DNA of 64,000 bases, from positions 32,001-96,000 of the IMG/VR virus record IMGVR_UViG_3300032087_005453. One strand, written 5' to 3'. The notes beneath the pieces are model-generated. The model was not told the origin of the DNA. It made no database searches and saw only the letters and a list, made by a program, of their open reading frames with translations. Of this stretch, positions 17,676 to 27,330 are shown one piece after another. The first letter of the stretch is position 1; each line of letters opens with the position of its first letter. The position numbers and the translations under genes are program-made. Source of the stretch: a virus.

Positions 17676-18812
17676 ATGGACAGAATAGAATTTGGTGAAT
17701 TGAGAATCGGACAAAATGCTCGAAGAAATCTTCTTCATGTGTGTGATACTAATTGGGCTAGTGGTGGTCCAAAAGTAAAAGACCTTGAAGACAGATGGAG
17801 TAAACTATTTGGCTATAAAAGAAGTGTTGCCATGAGTTCTGGAACTGATGGTGTGACAAATGCCTGTTTGGCACTATATGACCTTAAGGGTGCAACTAGA
17901 GGTGTCAGCGAGGTTATTGTTCCAGCATGTTCATTTATAGCGACATCAAATGGTGTTCGTGCCGCTGGTCTTATTCCAAGATTTGTTGATGTAAAGAAAG
18001 AAACACTAAATATTGATGAATCTAAAATTGAAGAGGCAATTAATGACAACACAGTAGCAATCATGCCCGTTCACACTATGGGTCGCATGGCCGACATGCA
18101 CACTATTTGTAACCTTGGTAAGCGATATGACCTGACAATTATTGAAGATGCTTGTGAAGCTCATGGTGCCGTATTCAACAATGGAAATGTTTCGGAATAT
18201 GTTGGTAACTGGGGTGATATGTCCATCTATAGTTATTATATTGCACACTTGGTTTGCTGTGGTGAAGGAGGTATGGTATCTACTAATGACGACAATATTG
18301 CGGATGTTTTGTCCTCAACAAGATCTCACGGCAGACCTTTCAATTCGATTTACTTTGACCACCAACGAACTGGTTTAAATTCTAAAATGAATGACTTGGA
18401 GGCATCAATTGGCCTTGAAGCCGTTAGTGTCTTTTGGGATACTTTTTGGACAAGACACAAGTTTATGAAGACGATGCGTGCGGCAGCAGAAGGATTTGAG
18501 GATGTTGCTTGGTTTTCTGAAGAAGATGATGAGTGTATAAATTGCCCGCATGGATTCAGTATTACTTGTAAAGAAGAAGGTAAGATAGATAAGGTTAAAG
18601 AAACCTTTGACAAATATAATATTCACCACAAAAGGAACTTTGGATGTATTCCAACACAGCATCGTGCTTTTGAAGATATGGGGTATTATCTTGGTGATTT
18701 CCCAAATGCTGAGTGGATTGGAGATAATGGGGTGCATATTGGATGCCATCAGTATCTAACTGAAGAAAATCTTGATAGAATTTGCACCGCGATTAAGGAA
18801 GGATTGTCATGA
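17676..18812 (+). CDS. DegT-fold PLP/PMP enzyme with His in place of the catalytic Lys (ColD/RfbH-type 3-dehydratase-like)
   Basis: MSSGT, IIEDACEAHGA, and SYYIAHLVCCGEGG where aminotransferases have SFxxxK. Confidence 0.85.
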   Translation: MDRIEFGELRIGQNARRNLLHVCDTNWASGGPKVKDLEDRWSKLFGYKRSVAMSSGTDGVTNACLALYDLKGATRGVSEVIVPACSFIATSNGVRAAGLIPRFVDVKKETLNIDESKIEEAINDNTVAIMPVHTMGRMADMHTICNLGKRYDLTIIEDACEAHGAVFNNGNVSEYVGNWGDMSIYSYYIAHLVCCGEGGMVSTNDDNIADVLSSTRSHGRPFNSIYFDHQRTGLNSKMNDLEASIGLEAVSVFWDTFWTRHKFMKTMRAAAEGFEDVAWFSEEDDECINCPHGFSITCKEEGKIDKVKETFDKYNIHHKRNFGCIPTQHRAFEDMGYYLGDFPNAEWIGDNGVHIGCHQYLTEENLDRICTAIKEGLS

Positions 18813-19765
18813 ATATTTTAATAACTGGTGCGGGAGGGTATATTGGAGCTAAGCTAACACAGTTCCTTGCCTGGAAGCAACACAATGTCGTTTGTTTTGA
18901 CAACTTTTTCTTTAATCACAAAACCTTGGTTGAGGATGTATTTGATAGACCAAACTGTAAATTATATGAAGAGGATGTTACTGAATGGTCTGACAATCTA
19001 AAAAGAGAAATCAAAAATGCAGATGTAATATTTCCACTAGCTGCACTTGTTGGAGCACCTTTGTGTGACAAGTTTCCAGAAGAGACTTTGGATTTAAACC
19101 AAAATTGGTTCAACAAACTGCTTGACTATGTCGATAATCAAGTTATCATCTATCCAAACACTAATTCTGGATACGGAAGCACAGGAACTGACATCTGTAC
19201 AGAAGAAACACCATGCAACCCCCTTTCTTTATATGGAAAAACTAAAGGAGAGGCAGAGCGGATTCTTCTGGAAGATTATGACAATGCTGTTTGTTTTAGA
19301 CTGGCGACGGTTTATGGTCGTAGTCATAGACAACGGATGGACCTGCTCGTGAACAACCTAGTGTATTCTTCAATGATCAATAGAAGATTAGAAGTATTTG
19401 ATGGGCATTTTCGGAGGAACTATATTCATGTAGATGATATTGTTTCTGCTTTTACTCATGCTCTAGATAATTTTGAATCTATGCGTGGAGAAGTTTACAA
19501 TCTTGGTAATGATTCTGTTAACATGTCTAAGCTTGATCTTGTAAAAAAGATATGCCATGAAACACGGGCTGTATGGGTTGAGGTTCAAGATAAAACTGAT
19601 CCAGATAAAAGAGATTACATTGTTAGTAGTCAAAAACTATACGACACGGGTTTTAAACCAAAATACAATTTAGACTATGGAATTAAACAAATGATGATGG
19701 TTTGTTCTGAAAATTGGAAGAACTTTGCCGATGTCGATTACATGAGTATGTGTAAAAATTATTAA
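18809..19765 (+). CDS. NAD-dependent nucleotide-sugar epimerase/reductase (extended SDR)
   Basis: ITGAGGYIG, LAALVG, YGKTK (YxxxK), FRLATVYG, RNYIHVDD. Confidence 0.92.
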   Translation: MNILITGAGGYIGAKLTQFLAWKQHNVVCFDNFFFNHKTLVEDVFDRPNCKLYEEDVTEWSDNLKREIKNADVIFPLAALVGAPLCDKFPEETLDLNQNWFNKLLDYVDNQVIIYPNTNSGYGSTGTDICTEETPCNPLSLYGKTKGEAERILLEDYDNAVCFRLATVYGRSHRQRMDLLVNNLVYSSMINRRLEVFDGHFRRNYIHVDDIVSAFTHALDNFESMRGEVYNLGNDSVNMSKLDLVKKICHETRAVWVEVQDKTDPDKRDYIVSSQKLYDTGFKPKYNLDYGIKQMMMVCSENWKNFADVDYMSMCKNY

Positions 19766-19779
19766 TATTTGGAGAAGTT

Positions 19780-20013
19780 ATGGTATATTATAGACTTGTT
19801 ATTAAAAAAGATGAAAATGGAATATCAGCCTCGGAGATCGTAAAGCAGTTTGTGGATGAGCAGTCATACAATGACATGGTTTGGGATAAGCCGATTATAT
19901 CTCATGAGTTTGATGGAATGCTCCACTTTATAGCATTAGATCCTTCGTATCTTGAGGCATTCTTAGCAGGAATGCAAACATATGTAGAGTTAACCAATGA
20001 AGCGGTATCTTGA
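19780..20013 (+). CDS. Hypothetical protein (77 aa)
   Basis: GGAG RBS; packed in the operon. Confidence 0.65.
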   Translation: MVYYRLVIKKDENGISASEIVKQFVDEQSYNDMVWDKPIISHEFDGMLHFIALDPSYLEAFLAGMQTYVELTNEAVS

Positions 20014-20926
20014 GTGTGAATGTATTTTTAGTGACTTCTGCGAAAGACATGTTGAATCAAAAACCATTCACGAGTATAGGAGATGTAAATCTTCTGACTT
20101 TTACAGAAGACAAAAAGATATTATGATTTATGGGTTTACACTAGATAATCTCTCTACAGAAGAAGGCATATTTGTAAAAAATATTCAATCAAATCTAAAA
20201 AGATTATATGATCTTAAACAGAATTTAAGCAAAGAATATACAATATCTCAAGATGATTTATCAAATACAAAGTTGTACGTATTAGGTCATAGTCAAGCAA
20301 AATTAGATTCGCTACCTAAGCTTGAATATACTCAAAAAATTAATCTTGAAACACTAGATTATGGAAAGTATTCAAAATATGCTGTTCCAGAACTGTGTGA
20401 AAACAGATTCTACTTTTATGACTTTGAATGTCCAGAAACAGTTGGGACAGTAACTTCATCATGGAGAGAAAAGTACGTAATACCTAATGTGCAAATTGAG
20501 AACTTCTTCGACTGGGAAGAATCAAAGGTGTTGTTCAGCAATCCAGATGAGAATATTGTGCTGTGTGCTTTTTATGCACATTTACAAAAATACGAAAATC
20601 AGAATAAATACTTTGAGGATTTATTGTATGATTTAGGACTGCAAGATTTACGCAATGTAGGCGTATGGGCGAATCAAATCATCTGTAAAAGGGAGATATT
20701 CCAAGAGTTAAAAGAATTCATGATAGAGGCAATTATCAAGCTCTTGGATCTACACAAAAAGTGTGATCTATTTTCAGGCCCACAACACCCCAAATTTAAT
20801 CTAGTAAGATACAACAATAGAGGTTTGGGGTTGCTTGCTGAAGAGATATCGGCACGATGGTTTTGTAGCCGCGAGGATATTACTACCATAGAGGTCCAAA
20901 AAATTAACTCTAGTTGGTATCACTAG
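19997..20926 (+). CDS. N-terminal Cys domain fused to a putative glycosyltransferase-like (DUF4422-like) domain
   Basis: CECIFSDFCERH N-terminus; YVLGH, NQIICKREIF and NRGLGLLAEEISARWF resemble DUF4422-type motifs from memory. Confidence 0.5.
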   Translation: MKRYLECECIFSDFCERHVESKTIHEYRRCKSSDFYRRQKDIMIYGFTLDNLSTEEGIFVKNIQSNLKRLYDLKQNLSKEYTISQDDLSNTKLYVLGHSQAKLDSLPKLEYTQKINLETLDYGKYSKYAVPELCENRFYFYDFECPETVGTVTSSWREKYVIPNVQIENFFDWEESKVLFSNPDENIVLCAFYAHLQKYENQNKYFEDLLYDLGLQDLRNVGVWANQIICKREIFQELKEFMIEAIIKLLDLHKKCDLFSGPQHPKFNLVRYNNRGLGLLAEEISARWFCSREDITTIEVQKINSSWYH

Positions 20927-21365
20927 GCCACTTGCCAATTGGGCATGATGAACTCCTCCATTTAGCTTTTTTATCTAAAAAGCATCCGCATTTAGCACAT
21001 CTTCTATCAGTACGCATATACTCACAGCCTTCGCATATTTTGAGTCTTTCTAAGTACTGATCATCAGAGACAACATTTAACCCATCCTTTACATGTGCTG
21101 CTGTTGCCGAGGCAAGATTTTTAGCCTGCGTCATCATACTTGGAAGAGGTTTATCTTCTTTCTTTTCAGGTGTTTGTGGCTCTTCCTTCTTCTTTTTGCC
21201 TTTTATGCAATTTACAAAACTCTGTAGCGGCCCTTTACACTTCTCCCAAAGATTAAAGTATTTTATATTTGTTTGACATAATTTATGTAAATGTGCATTC
21301 TTATTAACTTCATGTCTATTACAATATCCGGCCAGAGGACATTCACATGGTGTTTTTTTGTCCAT
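20910..21365 (-). CDS. Two-domain Cys-rich protein (C-terminal DUF6171-like)
   Basis: CECPLAGYCNRH N-domain; RLKICEGC..RCAKCGCF..KAKW..SCPIGKW C-domain. ATG at 21365 follows a GGAG RBS. Confidence 0.75.
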   Translation of the reverse strand: MDKKTPCECPLAGYCNRHEVNKNAHLHKLCQTNIKYFNLWEKCKGPLQSFVNCIKGKKKKEEPQTPEKKEDKPLPSMMTQAKNLASATAAHVKDGLNVVSDDQYLERLKICEGCEYMRTDRRCAKCGCFLDKKAKWRSSSCPIGKWPSDTN

Positions 21366-21453
21366 CAATATCTCCAATCACTTTATAAAAGCTTTCCTGT
21401 TTCTATCTATATTATAGAACAAATCGTAATCTTATTTATACATAAAATTAATT

Positions 21454-24400
21454 TTAACTCTGTGTTAAGTTTATCAACAGATTACTATCACTACAAGTTT
21501 GGTATCTGATCGCAGCAGAACATCCGCATTCTGGATTTAAATGTACTGCACCATTAGCTTCAAGCTGATAGTTTTTATAGTCCGATGTGCCAACAGCCGC
21601 TGAGTGTCCAACACCACTCCAGGCATATCCACTACTTAAAATATTACATATAGTTGTTGTTCCTTGACAGCATCCACTATCGTCGAATTTATCATACCCA
21701 CAGCCTTTATTGGCAAAACAGCAGTCAGTTGCGGGATCTAGTTCCAAAAAGTTTGTTCCTAAATATGTGACACCATCACACTCCCATGCCCATCCAGTAG
21801 ATGCTAGTTCTGTGATATATAGTGTTCCGCCAACGTCAACAATATTATTAAACTCAGAAATTTCATCTGCCAAGGTTGTTGTTCCATCACAACAACTCCA
21901 CGGAACACACGTACCGAAAAAGCAGGGTTCGCAATTTGGAATATAATGATTAAAGTCGGGACTTACTTGTGCTGATCCACCAACTATAAACATATCATCA
22001 ACAAGTTCATCGATAACATAGGCACCAGTTGTGCCTGTCTGTACGTCACAGTTGCCTCCTGAGTCCACAGGGAATTCTCCAGTAGCAATAACTTGTGCTA
22101 CTGTTTTGTATACTTCAACACAGGTGAAAGAATCTGGTTGATCTTGTCTTGGACTAGCATATCCGCAAACTGTATCTTCACAGTCTTGACACACAACTGG
22201 CTTAGTCATCCCTCCGCAGAATTCAGAAGGAATATCTGTGAGAATATAGTCAAGATTAGTTGGATCATCGTTTGTGTTTTTTCTTCTAATGTTTGAGGTA
22301 CAGCAATCAACATCGACCATAATCTTAAACGGATTAAGTAAACACTCGTCTACACCACTAGCAACTGATCTTTGTAGATAATAAGTAAAGCTGGTTTCTT
22401 TGTTGTTAGCCCATGTTTTTGGTGCGTGTAGTCCAGCCGCTATACTTTGATCAGAATGCGTCCATACTGGAATACATCCAGTTGTTGGCACAATACAACT
22501 CTTCACATCGTTCAATTGCCTAAAATTATTTCTGTCAATACCCATTAAAGGAAGAACGTCCTGAACAATAAGTTCTGTATCATCAATACCAATACCGCCC
22601 ATCAACTGCTGTTGAATATCTGTATCGCAAGTATCAATGAATGGAGCTATATTTTCAGTTTCCAATTCAAGATCTGTTCCGCTTAAGTCTTGATACCCAT
22701 CATGCCAAGGAGAAAAAGTTCTCGTTGCATTTGCGGTACAAATTTGCATAGAACCAAATCTTGTAACGATAGTTCCAGAAGCGTGAGTTCTTCTTGGAAA
22801 GAACATTTTATTACAATAAAGTTCGGCACCACACGATGTTTGATCTTGTAAACAACTATGCCGAGCATTTACTGCTAATGTTCCAGATGTACCAACTGGG
22901 CTAAAAAATTCACCACTAGAAAAAATTCCAATATTTGTAGAACCGTCTTCAGTTGTTGGACATTGAGGTTGATATCCTCCAGCGGCATCACTTAACGCAA
23001 GATTGTAGATATATGTACCATTTCCGGTAGTGAATCCAGACTCATAAAACAAATTATAATAATTCCATAGTACATCACCACTTGGATCAACCGGTTGATT
23101 TGTGAATAGAAAATCTTGACCAGCATGTAAACCTGTAGGCTGACTAACTAGACATGGTAAACCTGAATTCCATGCTGGAGTTACGCTATCGGCAGGGTTA
23201 GCATAAGCAATAGATTCACAGCCACTTTGTGCTGGATCACCTTCGTAGTATTGATATCCGCCATACGCCTTAGTAAAACACTGTAATGGACCTCCTCCAT
23301 CAGGTGTTTTTAATTCCTGCCAAGTTCTATCATGGGTATGATATTCTCTGGATACATGTAACCTATATCCATCACCTAAATATCCACTAGATAAACACTC
23401 TACTTTACTGACCAACATTATCTCAGGATAGCAACTTCTTCTATTAACTTGTATCCCAGAAGCTTCTTTTTGTGATCCACTTGGGAAAGGTATTGGATAA
23501 CTACAAAGACCAGCACCAACATTAGCATTGTCAGCACAATCTTGTAGCTCACAATCATCAGGAGTTAAACCACAGCCTTCCGGTGCGTTTTTCTTTTCCG
23601 GCTTGTTGATATAGTGTAAAACTCCAGATTCAAATTGATTAATACCCTCGCTTTTCCATCTACAAGCTGATTCAGAAGTAGCCGAGTATGGACCATATCC
23701 AATAAAATCATAATCTTCAATTCCATAGATGATTGGACCAACAACCCCAAAATCTCCAGAAAAGGAAACAGATTTTATTAGAGGATTAACACATCCACTA
23801 CTAGTATTATCTGTTGATATGGTTCCACTGGCGGCACAAGCATCCCAATCGATAATTCTGGCTAGCTGTTCATTACAGTCGCATGTACACGCACCTAAAT
23901 AAGACCTGGGTATTTCACTGATATCGTAATCTCCACAATTACAGCATACATCTGGACATTCGCAAAAAGATCTACCGGCTGGTTGGCCGGAAGCACACTG
24001 AAAACCACCTGGACAGCCAACAAAACCACTCGCACCATATGCATCCGGACCTATACAGCCATATTCTATCACGGAAAAATTACATCCAAATGCGTTATTC
24101 GCTAAAAGCACATCATTAACATAATCAAATCTTATATAATCTTCTAGTTTTGCTTGAGTAACGCCATCTGTTCTTATTGCATGTTCTGGAGTTATTTCAA
24201 ACAGGTCAGCATACTGATCATGTACTAAAACAAAAGAAGTATCTAATTGTAAATCAGTATCTGCGGATGGATAGTGATGTTGACAACCTATTCCGTCAGC
24301 ATCAGGATTAAATATCTTATAAATAGGGTTGTTGTCTGTGCCTTGATCTATATAATTAGCGATATCAATATATCCACTTGGATAAGGTTTAAATAGAAAC

Positions 24401-27312
24401 TCTAGCATTTCTGGACAAGCTAATCTCATCGAAACATAAGTCGTATAAGGAAGTCCATCTCTAGTTCCAGCAGTGATATTACCATCAGTTTCTATAAAAT
24501 TATCTTCCCAATTCCAACCAGTAAGTTTTACAAAAGAGTTAGCGGTATTCCATGTGGAATAACCAAGTAATAAACTTTGAGTTCCAGTTCCATATGCAAA
24601 TATTGGTTCTAGAGTAACCGAATTACCAGTTGCTAACTGACAGGTATTACCCGTATATGGATTTTGTAAATTTTCTACATAATCATCAAAGTTGTCAAAA
24701 ATTCCACCACTGCCCTTGGCTTCGCATGGTCCTGGCCATCCACTCGCACAAGTGTAGTTTATAGGAGCTTCTCTTATGCCTTTGTATAAGCAATAATTAA
24801 AACCATGCTCTCCAGTAATTGTGTTGTAGCTATATTTGGTATCCAAACCTTGTAGTGTAGCAGTTATTGCTGTTTCCTCCATTTGAGGAGTAACACATTG
24901 AAGGCAAGAATCGTCGTGGTCAATTTCAATTAAAAAGGGAACATTGTCAGTGGGCCATCCACTTTGTGCGGTTCCACATCTATCAAATGACAGATAATTA
25001 AAACTTTGAGACCCTCCGCAGTCGGTGTAAGAACCACTGGTCAATGTATTCCTAAAATATGGTGCTACCAACCTTCCTGATTCGTCGGCCACACCCCAGA
25101 AAGGATAATTACCAGTTCCGATAAAAGGGGGATCTCCTCCATCAGCTTGACCGCTAAACATGACATCTGGATTTGAGAATTCCCAATATACTGGTTCGTT
25201 GTTTCCAGACCCCGGTGTTGTATTTCTAGCATCTCCTTGTTGAATGAGCTGACTAAATCCATTACTGATAACAGACATTCTGTCATCTTTTTGCTGGCCG
25301 CATAAACTTCTCATGTATCCATAAGTTGTGTATGGTTGCTTGATATTACAAACCCAGTCAAATGTATCAAATCCACAGCATGGAGGATCTGCTATACCGC
25401 ACTCATTAAATGCTTGGTCTTTTTGGAACTTAGGTTCTTGACACCCATACTCATCTGGATATAAATCCCATTTAGGAAAGCTTGGGAAGGTTATTGGTGA
25501 TGTAATATATTCCCACTGAGGAGAGTTTACACGTCCGTCAATGCTGTCGCAATCACAAGGAACTTCCGGTTTGATCATCGCACCCCTGGCATCGTCCAGA
25601 TTGATGAACATATTAATCTCAAGACCAGCAAGTCCACTTCTTAGTTGATCTATATTAGTTGGTAGTGAATTATTCCAATCAGCAAAAGGTAGACCACTTG
25701 AATCAAAGTTACATGTATCATAAAAATTAGCACCACGATAAACAAAAGACATTCTTGGAATTCGTTGGGTATTCCATTCTGTTCCGCCACCACATCCGTT
25801 AAAAGAGTAAGTTTGAGTGATACAGCCCGGAAACATATCCAGAGTATTACGCTTCGTAGCACATGTGAAATTTCTACCTATTTCAAAGTTTCTTTTTTGA
25901 TCACGTCGTGTATTTAGGTCGTATAAATCCACTTCAAAGAATGGACCGTTGTATGGCATTTTTCTTTCATATACCGGAACATCACCATCCAACAACACTG
26001 TTCCATCAGTATCAACTGAAGGATATGATTTATCTGTTCTTACTGTGCCACTTGCCACAGTCGGAGTAATAGAATCAAATGGTGCTATAAATCTATTTTC
26101 CGGAAACCTATTAGATTGCCTTAGATTCTTCGCGTTGTTGAACGCTCTACCAAAATCGTTGTGGTAGTTGGTATCAAGATTTGCTCTTTTATAGGTATTG
26201 TCTACCCCGTAAGCAAAATTACTACAGCATGTTGATGGGTCATAGCTGTTGCCCATAACCCATGTGCCGGATTCGTTGATTGGTGTGGTGAAGTTTTCCT
26301 GACCAAAAGTTCCGGCAAGAAAAACTCTTGTGCTACTGCCTTGATCAGAAACATCAACAATCTTAAAGTGGTTGCTATAAGTATCATCTAAACCATTAAG
26401 ATCAAGATGTATTGATCCTCCACGAAACAAAGCATCAGCAGAAGTGCCATTGTAAGAAACATCAGCATATGCTAAATTATTAACAGCGGTGTTTCTGACG
26501 ATTTCGTTAACTACACCTTTGTATCTATCTACAACACTGCCATCAGGTAAACATGAAGGATAATCACCTAACGCTCTATATCTGAACGGATCGTAGTTTG
26601 AAAGGAAATTTCTATGTCTAATTAATGATTGTTTTGCTCCAGTTGGTGCAACTCCTGTTGGTGGAGTGCCAGAAGTACAAACCGATGCCACGGTAATAAA
26701 CTCGCCAAAGTTTCCAGAGTTTGGAGTTTCTACGTCTACGAGCCTCCATGCACCAGTAGCATTTTTATAAATACCATCGGCAAATAAGATCTTGTTTCCA
26801 AGACCAAAGTTTTCTGGGTATTTCTTGAAGATCTGAGTGGGATCATTGTCGTCGCAGGACGCTCCATCGCTAGTTGGTCTGCCGCCATCTGCACTTTGAC
26901 CAGCCTGTTGGTCTACCAAATAAATCTCTGCTCCACCACGTTCTATGCCATCTTCATAACCATCAGAACCATAATGTATAACACCAGTGGGTGTATAAAC
27001 AGATCTATAAAATACATCTGGTCGTTGCTCATTAGCATATGGACCCTGAGTGACCATTCCGCATGTTTTTGTGGCAAAATGGTTTTCATCATATCCATCA
27101 AAGAAATCAAAGTGACCATCATTAAAAAATGCCCACCCAGAAATCAGCACGTTTGTTTCATTCGATCCAAAACCCCAAAAGGTTGGGTTGGCAATTAATT
27201 TCACGTTCAGATGTTTAGGAAGACCAACATTTGCAGTTTCCTCTAAACAGAACTGTGTTTGTATACAATCTGAGCCGCACGAATAGCAGCCTTCGTAAAT
27301 GTCTCCAGCCAT
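21454..27312 (-). CDS. Giant Cys- and Ser-Gly-rich putative tail-tip or fibre protein (1952 aa)
   Basis: Directly downstream of the tail-tip genes; many CC/CxC/CxxC clusters. Confidence 0.7.
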   Translation of the reverse strand: MAGDIYEGCYSCGSDCIQTQFCLEETANVGLPKHLNVKLIANPTFWGFGSNETNVLISGWAFFNDGHFDFFDGYDENHFATKTCGMVTQGPYANEQRPDVFYRSVYTPTGVIHYGSDGYEDGIERGGAEIYLVDQQAGQSADGGRPTSDGASCDDNDPTQIFKKYPENFGLGNKILFADGIYKNATGAWRLVDVETPNSGNFGEFITVASVCTSGTPPTGVAPTGAKQSLIRHRNFLSNYDPFRYRALGDYPSCLPDGSVVDRYKGVVNEIVRNTAVNNLAYADVSYNGTSADALFRGGSIHLDLNGLDDTYSNHFKIVDVSDQGSSTRVFLAGTFGQENFTTPINESGTWVMGNSYDPSTCCSNFAYGVDNTYKRANLDTNYHNDFGRAFNNAKNLRQSNRFPENRFIAPFDSITPTVASGTVRTDKSYPSVDTDGTVLLDGDVPVYERKMPYNGPFFEVDLYDLNTRRDQKRNFEIGRNFTCATKRNTLDMFPGCITQTYSFNGCGGGTEWNTQRIPRMSFVYRGANFYDTCNFDSSGLPFADWNNSLPTNIDQLRSGLAGLEINMFINLDDARGAMIKPEVPCDCDSIDGRVNSPQWEYITSPITFPSFPKWDLYPDEYGCQEPKFQKDQAFNECGIADPPCCGFDTFDWVCNIKQPYTTYGYMRSLCGQQKDDRMSVISNGFSQLIQQGDARNTTPGSGNNEPVYWEFSNPDVMFSGQADGGDPPFIGTGNYPFWGVADESGRLVAPYFRNTLTSGSYTDCGGSQSFNYLSFDRCGTAQSGWPTDNVPFLIEIDHDDSCLQCVTPQMEETAITATLQGLDTKYSYNTITGEHGFNYCLYKGIREAPINYTCASGWPGPCEAKGSGGIFDNFDDYVENLQNPYTGNTCQLATGNSVTLEPIFAYGTGTQSLLLGYSTWNTANSFVKLTGWNWEDNFIETDGNITAGTRDGLPYTTYVSMRLACPEMLEFLFKPYPSGYIDIANYIDQGTDNNPIYKIFNPDADGIGCQHHYPSADTDLQLDTSFVLVHDQYADLFEITPEHAIRTDGVTQAKLEDYIRFDYVNDVLLANNAFGCNFSVIEYGCIGPDAYGASGFVGCPGGFQCASGQPAGRSFCECPDVCCNCGDYDISEIPRSYLGACTCDCNEQLARIIDWDACAASGTISTDNTSSGCVNPLIKSVSFSGDFGVVGPIIYGIEDYDFIGYGPYSATSESACRWKSEGINQFESGVLHYINKPEKKNAPEGCGLTPDDCELQDCADNANVGAGLCSYPIPFPSGSQKEASGIQVNRRSCYPEIMLVSKVECLSSGYLGDGYRLHVSREYHTHDRTWQELKTPDGGGPLQCFTKAYGGYQYYEGDPAQSGCESIAYANPADSVTPAWNSGLPCLVSQPTGLHAGQDFLFTNQPVDPSGDVLWNYYNLFYESGFTTGNGTYIYNLALSDAAGGYQPQCPTTEDGSTNIGIFSSGEFFSPVGTSGTLAVNARHSCLQDQTSCGAELYCNKMFFPRRTHASGTIVTRFGSMQICTANATRTFSPWHDGYQDLSGTDLELETENIAPFIDTCDTDIQQQLMGGIGIDDTELIVQDVLPLMGIDRNNFRQLNDVKSCIVPTTGCIPVWTHSDQSIAAGLHAPKTWANNKETSFTYYLQRSVASGVDECLLNPFKIMVDVDCCTSNIRRKNTNDDPTNLDYILTDIPSEFCGGMTKPVVCQDCEDTVCGYASPRQDQPDSFTCVEVYKTVAQVIATGEFPVDSGGNCDVQTGTTGAYVIDELVDDMFIVGGSAQVSPDFNHYIPNCEPCFFGTCVPWSCCDGTTTLADEISEFNNIVDVGGTLYITELASTGWAWECDGVTYLGTNFLELDPATDCCFANKGCGYDKFDDSGCCQGTTTICNILSSGYAWSGVGHSAAVGTSDYKNYQLEANGAVHLNPECGCSAAIRYQTCSDSNLLINLTQS

Positions 27313-27330
27313 TATATCCTATTTCCTATT

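Noticed and set aside
17676-18812. DegT sugar aminotransferase
   Set aside because: His occupies the Schiff-base Lys position, which favours a dehydratase.
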